64,000 nucleotides of DNA from Patescibacteria group bacterium (GCA_038063755.1 JBBTUL010000012.1:572-64571); one strand, 5' to 3'; positions 47,652 to 58,239 are shown, counted from the first letter of the stretch. Notes: generated by a model not told the origin, from the sequence alone. Made by a program: numbers and translations.

Positions 47652-48158
47652 ATGACTTCGTTTCTCGAAAAACTGAACGAAAAACTTGGGAAAACCGTTA
47701 CGCAGACCGCGAAACCTGAGGGCGGTGAGACGGCTGGTCCAGAAGTGGCGCGACAAGAGGTGTTTACAAAAAACACCGACCTTCCCGCGGATATATATCA
47801 AAATCCAACACACATTATCGTTTATATTCCTGCCGCAGGGGTACATCCGCAGGATTTCGAAGTTGTCCTTGACGAAGAGCATGATCTTTTAACGATTCGA
47901 GGATTGAGGACAAGACCACAAGACGTTGCTGGTATCGAAAAGGACGAAGATGGGCATTTCATTTCTCAGGAGTGCAAGTGGGATTCACTATTTAGAAAAA
48001 TAATACTTCCTGCCGAAGTTGATCCATCTCGCGTCGAGGCTATTTTTACAAAGGGAGTGCTGGTGATTAAGCTCCCCATATTAAAACCAGGAGAGGGCGT
48101 AAAGCTTCGCGTGAAAGAAGTGGAAAGCCCGGCAAAGACCGTTCAAAAAGCGACATGA
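47652..48158 (+). CDS. Small heat shock protein (Hsp20/alpha-crystallin)
   Basis: 'ADIYQ', 'AGV', 'LTIRG.R', 'FRKIILPAEVD', 'GVLVIKLP'. Confidence 0.88.
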   Translation: MTSFLEKLNEKLGKTVTQTAKPEGGETAGPEVARQEVFTKNTDLPADIYQNPTHIIVYIPAAGVHPQDFEVVLDEEHDLLTIRGLRTRPQDVAGIEKDEDGHFISQECKWDSLFRKIILPAEVDPSRVEAIFTKGVLVIKLPILKPGEGVKLRVKEVESPAKTVQKAT

Positions 48159-49942
48159 TTTCAAGAAGAAAAAGGAACCTATACGCTCTTCTTCTGTGTG
48201 CCGCATGCGTTGCAGCGGTCACCCCTTTTTTTATTCAACGAGCTGATGTTTTTGCGGCCGGGCCATCTCTTGGCATAAGTCCAGCAAGCGGTTCGTATGG
48301 AACCGGGGGAACGTTTACCGTAAAAATTATGCTTCAAGGATCGGGCGGAGTCGGTATAAATGCCGCAGATGGGGTTTTAGTTTTTGACAAAACCCTCCTC
48401 TCCGTGCAGAGCGTGTCAAAAGAGAATTCAATTTTCAGTCTGTGGACTGCCGATCCAAGCTTCTCGAATGGGGCAGGTACGGTAAGCTTCAGCGGCGGAA
48501 CGCCGACTCCGTTTACAAAAGAAAGCGGAGCAGTTATGTCGGTGGTGTTTAAAGCCGTTGCTCCGGGCGATGCAAGCGTCGAGCTTTCCGAGGGATCCAT
48601 TCTTGCTGCGGATGGAAAAGGAACGAACGTATTAAGTTCGCTCGGGAAAGCGACGTACACGCTTGGCGGATTATCTGCGAATCCGAAGAAGGCACCAGAG
48701 ATAACTGGAGCAGGAACGGCACCAGCAGAGTTGAAGGTCGAGACGAAAGGACAATTCGCTCCTTCAACGGAGATCGTTTCGCAAAGTCACCCGAATGCTG
48801 ACAGCTGGTATTCAAATAAAAACCCAGAATTTTCGTGGAAGCTTGACCCGCTTATCGCAGGCGTAAGCACGGCCCTTACCGAGAAAGCAGGTTCCGATCC
48901 CGGCCGAGCATCAGAAGGGCTACAAGAGACGAAGAGGTTCAACGATGTCGAGGATGGTATTTGGTACTTCCATGTGCGGTTTAAAGATCAAAATGGAGCT
49001 TGGAGCGCTCCAATGCATCGGAGGGTTGGAATTGATACGATTGCTCCTCTCGCATTTGACCTTGCTGTGCAGAAAGAGCTGTCGGAAGAGGGCTATCGGT
49101 TGTCGTTCATTGCGGAAGACGCACTTTCCGGAATTGATCACTACGAAATTCGACTCGATGGAAAGGAGATCGCCTCGCTTGGCGTAGATGTTCCGACGAA
49201 AGGACCATATCGTATGTCGGCGCTTTTGTCGGGGAAGCACGCAGTGACGGTCCGCGCGCTTGATAAAGCAGGGAACGCCACAGAATCAACAAAAGAGCTT
49301 GTTGCGGAAGGTATTGGAACGCCGAAGATCACAAATTTCCCAGACACAACGAAAGAACATGTGCCGGTCGTGATTCAGGGTATCGCGGACTCAAAAGCGA
49401 CGGTGCTCGTGATGATCGACAAGGAAGGGAAGGAATTTTCAAGAGAACGAGTGCGAGCGACTGATGATGGTGGATGGGTGTATGGGAGGCAAGAGGGAGT
49501 TCCGCCGGGAAATTACACCATTACCGCAAAGATGCTTGGTGCATACGGAACAGAAAGCCAGACCTCAGAGTCGATTTCGATTTATGTTTCAAGAACTCCG
49601 CTTGTCGAGCGATTCGGACTCATTGCAATTATCGTGCTCGCCCTTGCGGTCGCAGGCCTCGTGAGCGCTCTTTGGTACGAAAGGAAGATTTTCATACGGA
49701 GCAAGAGCCGAGCGCTTGAAGAGGTGAAAGAGATACAAGCAAAAACAAAAGCAGTATTCGAGGCTCTTCGCGAGGAAGTTGAAGAAAAAGTAAAAATGCT
49801 TGACGAGAAGCCATCTACCCCAGAAGAGGCGATCGATGCCATCGATACGGATCGCGTTGTTGATAGCATACGCGAGGCACTCGATGTTTCTGAGGACATG
49901 ATCTCGAAAGAGGTCGAGGATGTCCAAAAAGCGCTCGAATGA
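48155..49942 (+). CDS. Cohesin-domain protein A with Ig-like domains, TM anchor and cytoplasmic coiled coil
   Basis: 'SPASGSY..GGTFTVKI', 'INAADGVLVFD', 'SIFSLW..P', 'FSGG.P', 'LAADGKGTN'. Confidence 0.78.
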   Translation: MISRRKRNLYALLLCAACVAAVTPFFIQRADVFAAGPSLGISPASGSYGTGGTFTVKIMLQGSGGVGINAADGVLVFDKTLLSVQSVSKENSIFSLWTADPSFSNGAGTVSFSGGTPTPFTKESGAVMSVVFKAVAPGDASVELSEGSILAADGKGTNVLSSLGKATYTLGGLSANPKKAPEITGAGTAPAELKVETKGQFAPSTEIVSQSHPNADSWYSNKNPEFSWKLDPLIAGVSTALTEKAGSDPGRASEGLQETKRFNDVEDGIWYFHVRFKDQNGAWSAPMHRRVGIDTIAPLAFDLAVQKELSEEGYRLSFIAEDALSGIDHYEIRLDGKEIASLGVDVPTKGPYRMSALLSGKHAVTVRALDKAGNATESTKELVAEGIGTPKITNFPDTTKEHVPVVIQGIADSKATVLVMIDKEGKEFSRERVRATDDGGWVYGRQEGVPPGNYTITAKMLGAYGTESQTSESISIYVSRTPLVERFGLIAIIVLALAVAGLVSALWYERKIFIRSKSRALEEVKEIQAKTKAVFEALREEVEEKVKMLDEKPSTPEEAIDAIDTDRVVDSIREALDVSEDMISKEVEDVQKALE

Positions 49943-49970
49943 ACTTGAGGCATAACGCCCATGACAAGTT

Positions 49971-51410
49971 ATGACTCCATCCCTTCACAACATAAGCTTC
50001 CGCGATAGCGGGAAAACAATAGTAATACAGAGCAAGTTTTTACTACAAAGTTTCCCAAAAAGGAAAAAAATAATCGGGATTATCTTGACGCTTTTTGCAA
50101 TAGGCGTTCTTTGCTACGCCTTTATTACGAAGGCGGGTGTTGCGACGTTTTATCCATTCTCATGTCTTGGGAACTGGCACAATGTGCAGAACGCCCTTGG
50201 CAAGCCAGATCTCGTCGAGGGAGACCCAGACGAGCTTTTTACAGATGAGAATTCTGCGCGGTCGTGGGGATCTGACTCGCAGATATTTTGCGGAAGCTTT
50301 GTCGGAGACGGCGACGAAGAGAAGACATTCCAAGCCGCTCACCTCAGGTTATTTTGGGCGGTAAAAAACGAGAGCTCAAACGAAATTGCCCCTCCCCTCG
50401 ACACGGCAAGCGGTGGAACGGGAGGTTCTGCGGGCGAAACGGTCCCGTCGGAAGAGGCGAGCGCTACGGCGTGGGCGGAAGATGACGCACCGATCCCGGA
50501 AGATACGACGACATCTTCGCCGTCTGAGCCAGTGGCACCTTCGGAGGGCGTGTCCGGTTCTCCGGAGAACATTACTCCCGTCCCGACCGAAAGTCAGGAG
50601 CCGAGCGGGAATGCCACAACCACCAGTGCGCCGGATCCGGATGCATCCACTTCGTCCCCGCAAGCATCGCGTCCGCGCGAGGGCGGATTACTCGCCTCCA
50701 TTCTACGGTCCGTACGCGCCGAGGGGCCCGGAGTGGCGTCCGACACGCTCGTTATTCCATTCGATGTTTCTTCAAGCACGAATCTTATTGCCGCACCGCC
50801 GGTGTCGAGAGAAGACTCGGATGTACTCTATGAGGTTGCAATGTCTCTTGATGGCAGTATGTGGGATTCTCTCATTAAAATGAAGTCTCCGGAAGACGAG
50901 GCGACCATTCAGCTCCCGATACGATCCTGGGACGAGCTCAAGCGGCTTCAAATCCGGATTCGTGAGATCGCCGCCGGGAAACTCCAAAAAACCATGTACC
51001 TCGACGGGATGATTGTCGACGTCGAATATGGCATTCCGGAAGAAAGCACCGGGCAGGTTGCGCCAAGCCCCACCGAGAAAGAGAGGGAGGTGTACGATGC
51101 GCGCGCGGAACATAGTTGTACCGTCGAGCCATTTTCGGTGAATGTCGCAAAAGGAGCGAGCGCCGTCATAACGCTTTCGCTACACCCGGCACATCAGGAG
51201 CGAATTTACCAAACCGAGATGGGGCCACTTCCGTCGGGCGTATTGGTTGAAGTTGGAGAGGGGAAGGATCCACAGGACAAAACGCTCACGTTTCGCGTAG
51301 GCGAAGATGCGCTTGTTGGGTCATTCAACGCCGTTATCGTATACAAAGAAATTCAGAAAGACGGAGGTGTCATTCCCTCGGCGTGTCAGTATAATTTGGT
51401 GATCGAATAG
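49971..51410 (+). CDS. Exported hypothetical protein with acidic P/S/T linker
   Basis: N-terminal TM, Cys pairs, low-complexity linker. Confidence 0.7.
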   Translation: MTPSLHNISFRDSGKTIVIQSKFLLQSFPKRKKIIGIILTLFAIGVLCYAFITKAGVATFYPFSCLGNWHNVQNALGKPDLVEGDPDELFTDENSARSWGSDSQIFCGSFVGDGDEEKTFQAAHLRLFWAVKNESSNEIAPPLDTASGGTGGSAGETVPSEEASATAWAEDDAPIPEDTTTSSPSEPVAPSEGVSGSPENITPVPTESQEPSGNATTTSAPDPDASTSSPQASRPREGGLLASILRSVRAEGPGVASDTLVIPFDVSSSTNLIAAPPVSREDSDVLYEVAMSLDGSMWDSLIKMKSPEDEATIQLPIRSWDELKRLQIRIREIAAGKLQKTMYLDGMIVDVEYGIPEESTGQVAPSPTEKEREVYDARAEHSCTVEPFSVNVAKGASAVITLSLHPAHQERIYQTEMGPLPSGVLVEVGEGKDPQDKTLTFRVGEDALVGSFNAVIVYKEIQKDGGVIPSACQYNLVIE

Positions 51411-51462
51411 GCATTCTTCGGCTTCTCTGTGTCTTGTTCTACAATATAGGAAATAGGCGCTT

Positions 51463-54093
51463 ATGCGCAGTGTCCTTATGAAGAAAGAATTTGTTCATGT
51501 CAGTGTTATAGCTCTCGCCATCGGACTTTTGTGGTTCGGGAGCGTGCGCCTCCTTTTCCTTTCTCCCCCGAACGAGGGGCGCGCTGCCCAGGTGACGATT
51601 GATTCGACCGTGCACACCACGGCGACCACCCACAACGGTACGACGCTTACCGTTGCCTTCACGAGCGATCAGACCGGATACTCATTTTACAGGGACGCGA
51701 GCGGCAGTTGTGGATATCGGAAAACCACCGACGGCGGAGCGACATGGACGACGACCACGACACTCATAGATACGCAGACGGATTGTCTCCGTATCGCGAT
51801 CTGGTATGACCGCTGGACGCCGGGAAACGCCACCGGAACCATTATCCATGTTTCGACGATCGACTCCGGAAGTGACAACGTGTGGTACAACTATCTCGAC
51901 ACATCGGGTGACACGCTCGGAAGCACAACCGCGGTAAACGCGACCGGCATAAATCAAGGAGGAACGTTCGCTGCCGGATCGAATCTTCAGGCGATAACAA
52001 GAGGAACGGACGGAACATTGTATATGGGTGTTCAGGATGCGAGCGATTCGTTCGTGATCCAGTGCACGGGAAGTTGCGTGGCGACATCGGGGAGCTGGAC
52101 GGAGGCCGGGACGAACCCTTTTAGTTTGGCGAACGACTGGCTACTACTCGCGCCCATCACGAACGGGCGCATCCTCGCGGTCCGTTGGAGTCTCACGCTC
52201 GACGATGTGCAGTCTAAAATTTGGACCCCCGCATCGAGCTCGTGGAGCGGAGCGTGGACCAATATCGACACGAACTGTATTCAGAACGGTACCTACGACG
52301 GACACTTCGGTCTTTCAATCAACAAAAATACAAATAGCGTGTTGATGGCCTTCGGTTGCGATCTGAGCACCATTGGAGCGAACAACGACGACATCCGGAC
52401 CGCAATTTTTAACTCGTCGAACAGTACCTGGGCTACCACCACAGATGCGGTTACGAACGATACGAAGGGTATCACCGGAGTAAAGCTCGGACTCGACGAC
52501 AATACCGGAAATATTTATGTGGTTTACAGCGCGAGGGCGACGTCGACCATCTCCACCTCGACGAACGTCTATTATAAGGTTTCGACGAGCACCATGTTGT
52601 CGTGGGGAGCAGAGCAAGGGCCATTAAACACCGCACCCGACGACATATACGGCCTGCGCATCGATGGATTGAACGCGGACAGGATTTACGCGACATGGGT
52701 GGGTGTCACCGCGGACTCGCTTTACGGAAACACCGTTGCCGATCTTGTGCCGACCACATTCGAACAGTCGGGATATCGCTGGTTTACGAATCAAAACGCC
52801 ACAAGCGTGGGGCCTCCATTCGCGCTTCAGAATACATCATCCGTTGCGCCGAGCATCGGCAATCCGTTTCGTTTGCGCATGTTGGTCCATGTCGGAGGCG
52901 ACGGCGCGGACGTAAACAGGGAATCTTTTGATCTTCAGGTCGCGACAAGCACTGCGGGCGGGTGCGACACCGCTTTCTCCGGCGAAACATACGTCGACGT
53001 TTCGACATCGACCGGAGAAATCCGTTTCTACGACAACAGCTCGTCGAGCGACAATACCGCCCTCAAGGCGACATCGACGGATCCGGTTCACGGAATCGAC
53101 ACCGTCGTAAACCAAACCTACGAAGAGGCGAATCCATTCACGAATTCGATAGCGAAAATATTCGGCGGACAGGACGGGAAATGGGACTTCTCGCTCTACA
53201 ACGCATCGGCGACCCCGATGAGCACGTATTGTTTTCGTATTGTGAGGGACGACGGATCCCCTCTAAGTACATATTCGGCCGTTCCCGAAATAACGATAGA
53301 CGACCCGCCATCCGTTTCGGGCGTCGTGCTAAACGATGATACAAATATTGCGCTTACTGAGGGGGTAACGTGGCAGATTTTTGCGAGCGGAACTATTACC
53401 GATAGCAACGGATATGCTGATATCGTCGGCGCGCAAGCAAAAGTATATCGATCCGGCGTAGGACGGTCATGTTCGCCGAATGACAACAACTGCTACCAAG
53501 ATAGTTCATGTTCTCTTGCGGGGTGTTCTGGGACGACGTGCAAGGCTCTTTGTTTTGTGAATGTGCAGTATTTTGCCGATCCGACAGATACCGATACGCC
53601 ATACGAAGCAGAGTCCTGGCTTGCAAGTATTGAAGCCGTTGACGCGCGATCCGCAACAAGCACGGCAACAAGCACGGCGATTGTCGATGTGCTTTCGCTT
53701 CTCGCGCTTGCTGTGACGCCGCAGATAAATTATGGAAGCCTGAGTCCAGGCGCGATTATCGATCCGCTCTCCGCGACATCAAGCGTGTCCGCAAGCGGCA
53801 ATGTTTCGATTGACACAACCCTTTACGGTGCGAACATGACTTCGGGGGCGGAGAGTATCAGCGTCTCGAATGAGCGGTACGCAACCACGTCAATTCCTTT
53901 TTCATCGGGGACAGTGCTTCTTGCAAGTCCGGGAGCCGCGCTCGATTTAAACATTCCAAAAACGTCAACCTCAACCTCACAAGCAAGCTCAACTGTTTTC
54001 TGGGGCATACAGGTTCCACTACCGCAGCCAACCGGAAACTATACCGGCATTAATACGTTTATCGCCACAGAGAACACTCTTCCCTGGCCGTAG
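51463..54093 (+). CDS. Large surface protein B: propeller and one repeat like protein A, C-terminus like 58290..60110
   Basis: 'AAQVTID.TV', 'WYDRWTPG', 'QTYEEANPFTNSI', 'TYCFRIV' shared with A; 'VYRSG', 'ADPTD', 'FWGI..P' shared with 58290. Confidence 0.82.
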   Translation: MRSVLMKKEFVHVSVIALAIGLLWFGSVRLLFLSPPNEGRAAQVTIDSTVHTTATTHNGTTLTVAFTSDQTGYSFYRDASGSCGYRKTTDGGATWTTTTTLIDTQTDCLRIAIWYDRWTPGNATGTIIHVSTIDSGSDNVWYNYLDTSGDTLGSTTAVNATGINQGGTFAAGSNLQAITRGTDGTLYMGVQDASDSFVIQCTGSCVATSGSWTEAGTNPFSLANDWLLLAPITNGRILAVRWSLTLDDVQSKIWTPASSSWSGAWTNIDTNCIQNGTYDGHFGLSINKNTNSVLMAFGCDLSTIGANNDDIRTAIFNSSNSTWATTTDAVTNDTKGITGVKLGLDDNTGNIYVVYSARATSTISTSTNVYYKVSTSTMLSWGAEQGPLNTAPDDIYGLRIDGLNADRIYATWVGVTADSLYGNTVADLVPTTFEQSGYRWFTNQNATSVGPPFALQNTSSVAPSIGNPFRLRMLVHVGGDGADVNRESFDLQVATSTAGGCDTAFSGETYVDVSTSTGEIRFYDNSSSSDNTALKATSTDPVHGIDTVVNQTYEEANPFTNSIAKIFGGQDGKWDFSLYNASATPMSTYCFRIVRDDGSPLSTYSAVPEITIDDPPSVSGVVLNDDTNIALTEGVTWQIFASGTITDSNGYADIVGAQAKVYRSGVGRSCSPNDNNCYQDSSCSLAGCSGTTCKALCFVNVQYFADPTDTDTPYEAESWLASIEAVDARSATSTATSTAIVDVLSLLALAVTPQINYGSLSPGAIIDPLSATSSVSASGNVSIDTTLYGANMTSGAESISVSNERYATTSIPFSSGTVLLASPGAALDLNIPKTSTSTSQASSTVFWGIQVPLPQPTGNYTGINTFIATENTLPWP

Positions 54094-54125
54094 GATTCTC
54101 GAAAACTCCTGGTACAATAAGAGGT

Positions 54126-55625
54126 GTGAAGAAGAATTTTAAGAAAGAAGACTCCGTTAGAGTACTCATTCTTGTGTTCGCCATCGTTTTTTTTGCTGCG
54201 TCCACGAATCGGTTTCTTGAGCGTGCGATAGCAGAGGATGCATCGCCGCCGAAAATATCACAAATAAAGATTCTTGAGACAAACGCCACCTCTGCAGTGA
54301 TTACCTGGATCACCGATGAGCCAGCAGATTCACTTCTGAACTATGGACTTGATACCCGATATGGCACGGCCAGAGATCCGCAGCCACTTGTCCGCGATCA
54401 CTCCGTTGCCGTCACCGAACTAGAGCCTTCAACGACTTACTACTTTCGAGTAATGTCGGTTGATGCAACCGGAAACCAGAGCATCTCGGGGCATTACTCT
54501 TTCACGACGCCAACAACAAAAGAAATTTCAGGAATTGAGAAGATCGAAGAGCCAACTCAGCGCTCGCTTGTCGAGAAGGCAGCCTCCCTCGTCGAGAAAA
54601 TTACAGACCCAGATGCGCTAAAGCTTGTTGCGAAAGAAATCGGGAATGCTGCCGAGCGCATCGTTGATCGGCCACAGATCGTCGGTGCACCCGAGCTCCA
54701 GATCGGATCTGATCAGGTGTCCGTGCGGTGGGAAACAGATATAGATGCGAATTCGCTTGTTTCATTCGCGACAGAGGAAGAGTACGACGGTGAAGATTCA
54801 TATCGCCGAAAAGAAGGGGACGAAGGAGCATATACAAAAAATCATGAAGTAATTCTTTATGGCCTCCGTTCGGCGACAAAATATCATTATCAGATTTCTT
54901 CAAGAGGGGAGGTTGGACCTACCGCAAAAACGAACGACAAGACCTTTGTTACGCGCGCCCTTCTTCCGCAGATTTTCGACTCGCGCATCGATAAGGTCGA
55001 GGAGTACGCGGTGACGGTAAGCTGGGCGACGACCATCCCTTCCGCTGCGCTTGTGGAGTACACCAACATGCGAACGGGGGAGAGCAAGTCAATCGGCAAT
55101 CCGTCTTTTCTCGTGAGTCATGTTCTCCGCATTCAAGATTTAAGCTATAAAACTCCTTATGCGATTACTATTAAAGCCAGGAATCAGCTTGGAGAAGAGG
55201 CGGTGAGCAATCCATTAAACTTCACAACGACAAAGGACGAATATTCCCCCGCCATTTCTCGCGTGAGCAACGAATCGACCCTTTATCCGGCGGCCGATGC
55301 GAAGATACAGACGATTGTAAACTGGGAGACCGACGAACCCGCAGCTTGCCAACTTTTCTACGGACAAGGGCTTTCGATTGACGAAAAAAGCACGTTTTCA
55401 CTTCCTGAAAACCCATATTTTACAACAAGCCACGTAGAGGTCATTACCGCGTTTGCTCCGTCAACGGTCTACAAATTCTGGATTTCATGCCGCGACCGAA
55501 ACGAAAACAAGAGTCGATCCGAGGATTTTGTGCTTTTTACGCCCCAGAAAGAAAAAAATATTATTGATATCATTCTCGAAAATTTTCAAGGAACTTTTGG
55601 CTGGTTGGGTTCGGTGGGAAAATAA
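54126..55625 (+). CDS. Exported protein with ~4 fibronectin type III domains
   Basis: Repeats 'ITWITDEPA', 'VRWETD', 'VSWATT', 'VNWETDEPA'; 'LEPSTTYYFRV'. Confidence 0.85.
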   Translation: MKKNFKKEDSVRVLILVFAIVFFAASTNRFLERAIAEDASPPKISQIKILETNATSAVITWITDEPADSLLNYGLDTRYGTARDPQPLVRDHSVAVTELEPSTTYYFRVMSVDATGNQSISGHYSFTTPTTKEISGIEKIEEPTQRSLVEKAASLVEKITDPDALKLVAKEIGNAAERIVDRPQIVGAPELQIGSDQVSVRWETDIDANSLVSFATEEEYDGEDSYRRKEGDEGAYTKNHEVILYGLRSATKYHYQISSRGEVGPTAKTNDKTFVTRALLPQIFDSRIDKVEEYAVTVSWATTIPSAALVEYTNMRTGESKSIGNPSFLVSHVLRIQDLSYKTPYAITIKARNQLGEEAVSNPLNFTTTKDEYSPAISRVSNESTLYPAADAKIQTIVNWETDEPAACQLFYGQGLSIDEKSTFSLPENPYFTTSHVEVITAFAPSTVYKFWISCRDRNENKSRSEDFVLFTPQKEKNIIDIILENFQGTFGWLGSVGK

Positions 55626-55635
55626 TCACGACAAT

Positions 55636-56946
55636 ATGCCAGAACCAATCATCACAGGAAAAGATCTTCGCGTAGTGTACAATCTTGGGAAGTCCAACGA
55701 GTATCTTGCTCTTAAGATCGACGATTTCGAGATATACCCGCAAGAATACATTATTTTATTCGGTCCTTCTGGGTGCGGGAAGTCAACACTGCTTTACTCC
55801 CTTCTTGGGGTTCTTCCCCCGACATCGGGAGAGCTTCTTATCAAAGGTGAGAACCCGTACAAATATTCGGATGCGAAAATGGTTCGTTTCCAGCAGTCGG
55901 TTGTCGGAATCATTTATCAGTCATTTAACCTTATCCCCTCGCTTTCCGTTTTGGACAACGTTGCCTTGCCGAGAATTTTCGCAAATGCACCCAAAGCAGA
56001 ACGCGAACGACAAGGATTCGCACTGCTTCGAAGATTCGGAGTCGAAGCACAGGCGCGCAAGCTTCCAACGTCTCTCTCGGGAGGACAAATGCAGCGTATC
56101 GCCGTTGCCCGTTCGCTCGTAAACGATCCGGAAATACTTTTGGGCGATGAGCCGGTAGGAAACCTTGACAGCGTTTCGACGAAGCAGGTCATGGACACGT
56201 TGGACGAAATCAATATGCGAGATAGAAAAACAATCATTCTCGTTACGCACGATGCGAAGCATTTGCCATATGCGCACCGCGTTTACCACATGAGAGACGG
56301 AAAGATTGTCCGAGAGGTCATTAATCCGGAAAAGCCGCAGATAAAAAAAGTTGAGAAGGGAAAAACGATTTTAACCGAGATCGAAAAGCTTTCACGCATA
56401 TTCCCATATGCAACTCCAGAAGAGCTTCGCGTGAAGAGCATTGTAAACTTTCTGACACAAGAACTTACCTTCGATCAGCTGCAGCGACTGGAGGTTCTTG
56501 TGGAATCTTTTTTGAACGGAAGACTCGAAGAAGCGACATTTTTATGGAGCCTTCGCGCTCCATTCGACAAGGGAGGCGCCGGGGTTCCGGAACGCACCGC
56601 AGAAGAAATGGTTCACCGAGTATCGAAAATCGTCACGGATGCAAGGAATATAAGCAGATTCAGAAGGCGATTCGAAGAGCGTGTGAAGTCCTCGAAACAG
56701 CAGGAAAGAATCATTGATTTAAGAAAAAGCCTACTTGATGCTTACGAAGGGCAAGTAACACTCGAAGAGCTCGGTCGCCTTGAGGGGGCTCTCCAGAGGC
56801 GCGTATCGGGCCTTATGACCCTCGAGGAATTTAGGGAGGAGCTCCACAAGCCGCTTGAGCAGGGCGGGATTGGATTTCACACCTCGACCGCGCATAGATT
56901 TTCTCAACATCTTGAGAAGTTGATTGCGCAAGGAACGCATTTATAA
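55636..56946 (+). CDS. ABC transporter ATPase (MacB/LolD type) with ~200-aa C-terminal extension
   Basis: 'GPSGCGKST', 'LSGGQMQR', 'DEPVGNLD', 'VTHD'. Confidence 0.92.
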   Translation: MPEPIITGKDLRVVYNLGKSNEYLALKIDDFEIYPQEYIILFGPSGCGKSTLLYSLLGVLPPTSGELLIKGENPYKYSDAKMVRFQQSVVGIIYQSFNLIPSLSVLDNVALPRIFANAPKAERERQGFALLRRFGVEAQARKLPTSLSGGQMQRIAVARSLVNDPEILLGDEPVGNLDSVSTKQVMDTLDEINMRDRKTIILVTHDAKHLPYAHRVYHMRDGKIVREVINPEKPQIKKVEKGKTILTEIEKLSRIFPYATPEELRVKSIVNFLTQELTFDQLQRLEVLVESFLNGRLEEATFLWSLRAPFDKGGAGVPERTAEEMVHRVSKIVTDARNISRFRRRFEERVKSSKQQERIIDLRKSLLDAYEGQVTLEELGRLEGALQRRVSGLMTLEEFREELHKPLEQGGIGFHTSTAHRFSQHLEKLIAQGTHL

Positions 56947-56947
56947 C

Positions 56948-58156
56948 ATGAGACTAGACGATACCATAAAACTTTCCACGCGCATGTTTAAGACGAATCC
57001 GGCACGTACGTGGCTCACCATCCTCGGTATGGGCGTGGGAACTTCCGCGGTTGTCCTTCTGGTCGGACTTGGATTCGGACTGCAAGGCATTCTTCTCGAG
57101 CAGATTGTTTTTGGAGATACGCTCTTAAGCTTAAACGTTACAAATCCCGGATCTCGCGTAGTGGTTCTTGATCAGTCGCGACTCGAAGAGTTTTTGAAAA
57201 TAGAAAACGTAGAGGACGTCTCGCCGCTCGGAAGCGTTTCGGCGCTCATCACATTCAACAACCTAACCGGAAACATAACGCTTCAAGGAAGCGGACCATC
57301 GTATTTTCGCTACACCGGGACGCTTGCTGACAAAGGAGGAATTTTTAAAAAAGGGGAGGAGGCGGAGGACCGAAACAAAGTTCTTCTTTCTAAAGGAGCG
57401 CTGAAACTTTTTGGAATCGAGAACACAGAAGACGCATTGGGTAAGCCCGTTAGGTTTCGCGCGTTTGTAAAAAATCCGACGAATGGCACGACGCAAGAGG
57501 TTTCGATTGAAAAGGAGTATACCGTGAAGGGAGTAACGAACGATGCAGCTTCGATAATCGCCATGCTCACCCTCGAGGAATTTTCTTCGCAGGTTCCGAT
57601 TTCTTCCTACGAGCGCGTTCAGGTCAAGGTGACGAATAGCAACTTCCTCACTCAAGTACAAGACGCCATTGTGGGGAAAGGGTTCGTGGTAACGGCGCTT
57701 TCAAAAACGGTCGAACAAGCGAATAAAATTTTTAAAGGAGTACAGGCCGTGCTCGCATGTTTCGGAGGAATAGCACTTCTGGTTTCTGCAATCGGAATGT
57801 TTAATACGATGACCGTCACCCTGCTTGAGAGAACGAACGAAATCGGCATTATGCGAACCATTGGGGCATCACCGCGAGACATCAAGATACTGTTTCTTTC
57901 CGAATCGGTTGTCGTGGGATTTTTGGGCGGGGTAATCGGAATACTGATCGGAGTAATAATAGGCGTCGGATTAAACCTGATTTTAAACGCCGTGGCGAGT
58001 CATTTCGGAGGAGTTGCTGTCCGTCTTTTCAGATATCCATGGCTCTTTCTCATTTTTATTGCCACATTTTCCGGCGTAGTGGGGTTCCTGACCGGACTTT
58101 TTCCTGCAAAAAGAGCTTCGGGGCTGAACCCGCTCGACGCAATTCGATATAAGTAG
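56948..58156 (+). CDS. ABC transporter permease (MacB/FtsX family)
   Basis: 'RTWLTILGMGVG', 'IGMFNTM..LLERTNEIGIMRTIGA', 'FPAKRASGLNPLDAIRY'. Confidence 0.93.
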   Translation: MRLDDTIKLSTRMFKTNPARTWLTILGMGVGTSAVVLLVGLGFGLQGILLEQIVFGDTLLSLNVTNPGSRVVVLDQSRLEEFLKIENVEDVSPLGSVSALITFNNLTGNITLQGSGPSYFRYTGTLADKGGIFKKGEEAEDRNKVLLSKGALKLFGIENTEDALGKPVRFRAFVKNPTNGTTQEVSIEKEYTVKGVTNDAASIIAMLTLEEFSSQVPISSYERVQVKVTNSNFLTQVQDAIVGKGFVVTALSKTVEQANKIFKGVQAVLACFGGIALLVSAIGMFNTMTVTLLERTNEIGIMRTIGASPRDIKILFLSESVVVGFLGGVIGILIGVIIGVGLNLILNAVASHFGGVAVRLFRYPWLFLIFIATFSGVVGFLTGLFPAKRASGLNPLDAIRYK

Positions 58157-58230
58157 TTTTTGTGTTCAGCCTTCTTCCGCTCTTCCTCTTGCGAGGGGAA
58201 AGTGCTTATTTTCCGAAATAAAAGACCGGA

Positions 58231-58239
58231 TGTGGATAA
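58231..58239 (-). promoter_or_regulatory. Perfect DnaA box upstream of putative major subunit B
   Basis: TGTGGATAA. Confidence 0.6.
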
